From the NCBI RefSeq assembly GCF_006345805.1, contig NW_021823661.1, positions 1-21,612 of the forward strand: a DNA stretch of 21,612 bases, written 5' to 3'. The stretch comes from Octopus sinensis. Lineage: Eukaryota. Shown piece after piece: positions 19,436 through 21,612 of this stretch (its first letter is position 1; each line of letters begins with the position of its first letter). The notes below the pieces were generated by a model. It made no database searches, was not told the origin of the DNA, and worked only from the letters and a program-made list of their open reading frames with translations. A program made the position numbers and the translations under genes.

Positions 19436-19853
19436 TATATATATGTATATATATATATATAGGTATAGAATAATATACATACATATATCACACACACATT
19501 TTATATAAGGACGTTATCGCGACATATCCAACTCGGCCAGAAATGTTACAACGCTAAATTACTCCATCAACAAACAAAAATCAATTTTTCAACTCAAATA
19601 GTTTTTTTTAAGACCAAAACTTTTAGAAACAAAACCCAGACTTACATATGATTTCGCTCCTGCTACGTTTGATATCCACTTTGGATGTTTGCGTTGTTGT
19701 CTCTTATCTTATATTTATATATATATTTATATATCTATATCCTGCTGGAACCAGCTAATGTTTGGTATGCTTAGCTATGATGTCGTTATAGTTTTGAACA
19801 AAGAAACACAAATGACACATATATATATATATATATATTTGTACGTATATATA

Positions 19854-19911
19854 TCTGTCTGTCTGTCTCTCTATCTTATCTATCTGTCTGTCTGTCTCTC
19901 TATCTTATCTA

Positions 19912-19967
<56 letters not shown>

Positions 19968-19983
19968 TCTATCAGTCTGTCTG

Positions 19984-20043
<60 letters not shown>

Positions 20044-20082
20044 CTATCTATCTATCTGTCTGTCGTCTGTCTGTCAGTCTCT
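19854..20082. repeat. (TCTG)n/(TCTA)n tetranucleotide array
   Basis: Direct reading. Confidence 0.95.
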
Positions 20083-20150
20083 GATAGACTCCCATGTCTT
20101 ATGTAAAATATATATGGCATACAGTTTTTATCTACATATATGTATTATAT

Positions 20151-20198
<48 letters not shown>

Positions 20199-20299
20199 TA
20201 CGAGTGTTTGGTGTGTGTGTGTGTGTGTGTAATATTTCTTATTGTCTTTTAGTCCAAACGACGCTTCTAGAGATAAAAGCAATTCAGCTGTTGTCTTAT

Positions 20300-20452
20300 T
20301 TGTTATTGTTGTTGACGAGGTCCTTGTTTTAAAGGCTGTTGTTTTAGTTCATACTATTGTTGATGTTGTTGTAATTCTTCATAATGTCCCGTCTTTGTTT
20401 GTTGTTGTTATTGTTATTGTTGTCGTTGTTGTTGTTGTGATTGTTGTTGTTT
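20300..20452. repeat. Degenerate (GTT)n tract
   Basis: Direct reading. Confidence 0.85.
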
Positions 20453-20526
20453 TTGATTACAAGCTTTTTCATCAATGGTGGCCCCAGAATGGACGAATGG
20501 ATAATATGGACGGTTGGCTTAATGAA

Positions 20527-20724
20527 CGGTTTGATGGTTTGACGGTCGGACGGTTTGATAGCTGGATGGTTTGATGGTTTGATGGCTTGATGGTTTGATG
20601 GTTTGATGGTTTGATGGTTTGATGGTTTGATGGTTTGATGGTTTGATGGTTTGATGGTTTGATGGCTTGATGGTTTGATGGCTTGATGGTTTGATGGTTT
20701 GATGGTTTGATGGTTTGATGGTTT
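20527..20724. repeat. 8-bp tandem repeat (TTGATGGT)n with TTGATGGC variants
   Basis: Direct reading; explains the KPSNHQTI-repeat ORF. Confidence 0.95.
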
Positions 20725-20876
20725 TCGATTGCCCAACAATTAAACAGGTGAATGGTTGGATGGTTGTATAAATAATCCGTGCGCGGTTAATTCCACGCTT
20801 AATTTACCCGGGTCACAGAAAAACGGTTTGCAGAACACCGTGGCAGTGTCATTCTTTATAAGGACAAGAAGCAGCA

Positions 20877-21612
20877 TGATGATGATGGTGGTGGTGGTGG
20901 TGGTGATCGTGGTGGTGGTGGTGTGGTGGTGGAGGTGGTGATGGTGGTGATGGTGGTGGTGGTGGTGATCGTGGTGGTGGTGGTGTGGTGGTGGTGATGG
21001 TGGTGGTGGTGGTGGTGGTGGAGGTGGTGATGATGGTGGAGGTGGTGATGATGGTGATGGTGGTGGTGATCGTGGTGGTGGTGGTGTGGTGGTGGAGGTG
21101 GTGGTGGTGGGTGATTCGTGGTGTGTGGTGGTGGTGGGAGGGTGGTGTGGTGGTGGTGGTGGTGGTGGTGATCGTGGTGGTGGTGGTGTGGTGGTGGAGG
21201 TGGTGGTGGTGGTGATCGTGGTGGTGGTGGTGTGGTGGTGGTGGTGGTGTGGTGGTGGAGGTGGTGGTGGTGGTGATCGTGGTGGTGGTGGTGTGGTGGT
21301 GGTGGTGGTGTGGTGGGGAGGTGGGGGGTGGTGGTGATCGTGGTGGTGGTGGTGTGGTGGTGGAGGTGGTGTGGTGGTGGAGGTGGTGGTGGTGGTGATC
21401 GTGGTGGTGGTGGTGTGGTGGTGGAGGTGGTGGTGGTGGTGATCGTGGTGGTGGTGGTGTGGTGTGGTGGGTGTGTGTGGAGGTGGTGGTGGTGGGATCG
21501 TTTTGGTGGTGGTGTGGTGGTGGAGGTGGTGTGGTGGTGGAGGTGGGGGTGTGGTGATCGTGGTGGTGGTGGTGTGGTGGTGGAGTGGTGGTGGTGGTGA
21601 CGTGGTGGTGGG
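20877..21612. repeat. (GGT)n-derived G-rich array with higher-order unit marked by GATCGT
   Basis: Recurrent GGTGGTGATCGTGGTGGTGGTGGTGTGGTGGTGGAGGT block; runs off the window end. Confidence 0.9.

Overview
Repeat-dense, AT-rich eukaryotic DNA, most likely octopus or another coleoid cephalopod (inferred from the SINE families and microsatellite load). The only convincing protein-coding sequence is one large minus-strand internal exon (10748..9279, 1470 nt, phase 1-1). It encodes a Pro/Ser-rich segment, a CARD/death-fold-like domain and ribonuclease-inhibitor-type LRRs, with no NACHT domain between them. The rest looks intronic or intergenic: three tRNA-derived SINE families (including head-to-tail multimers and a tail-swapped chimera), a degraded L1/Tx1-type RT fragment split by two SINE insertions, two R4/Dong-type endonuclease fragments in (AAT)n, piggyBac-type and fold-back MITEs, and many microsatellites. 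The most striking unexplained signal is a set of minimal type I hammerhead ribozyme (HHR) motifs of the Penelope-like-element (PLE) type. One has an intact core (2874..2827), one is a U4C variant whose cleavage site is masked by an inverted arm (18417..18380), and several half-ribozymes sit at the centres of fold-back hairpins. Most lie on the gene's sense strand. All analysis was by eye with no alignment or folding software, so repeat boundaries are approximate.
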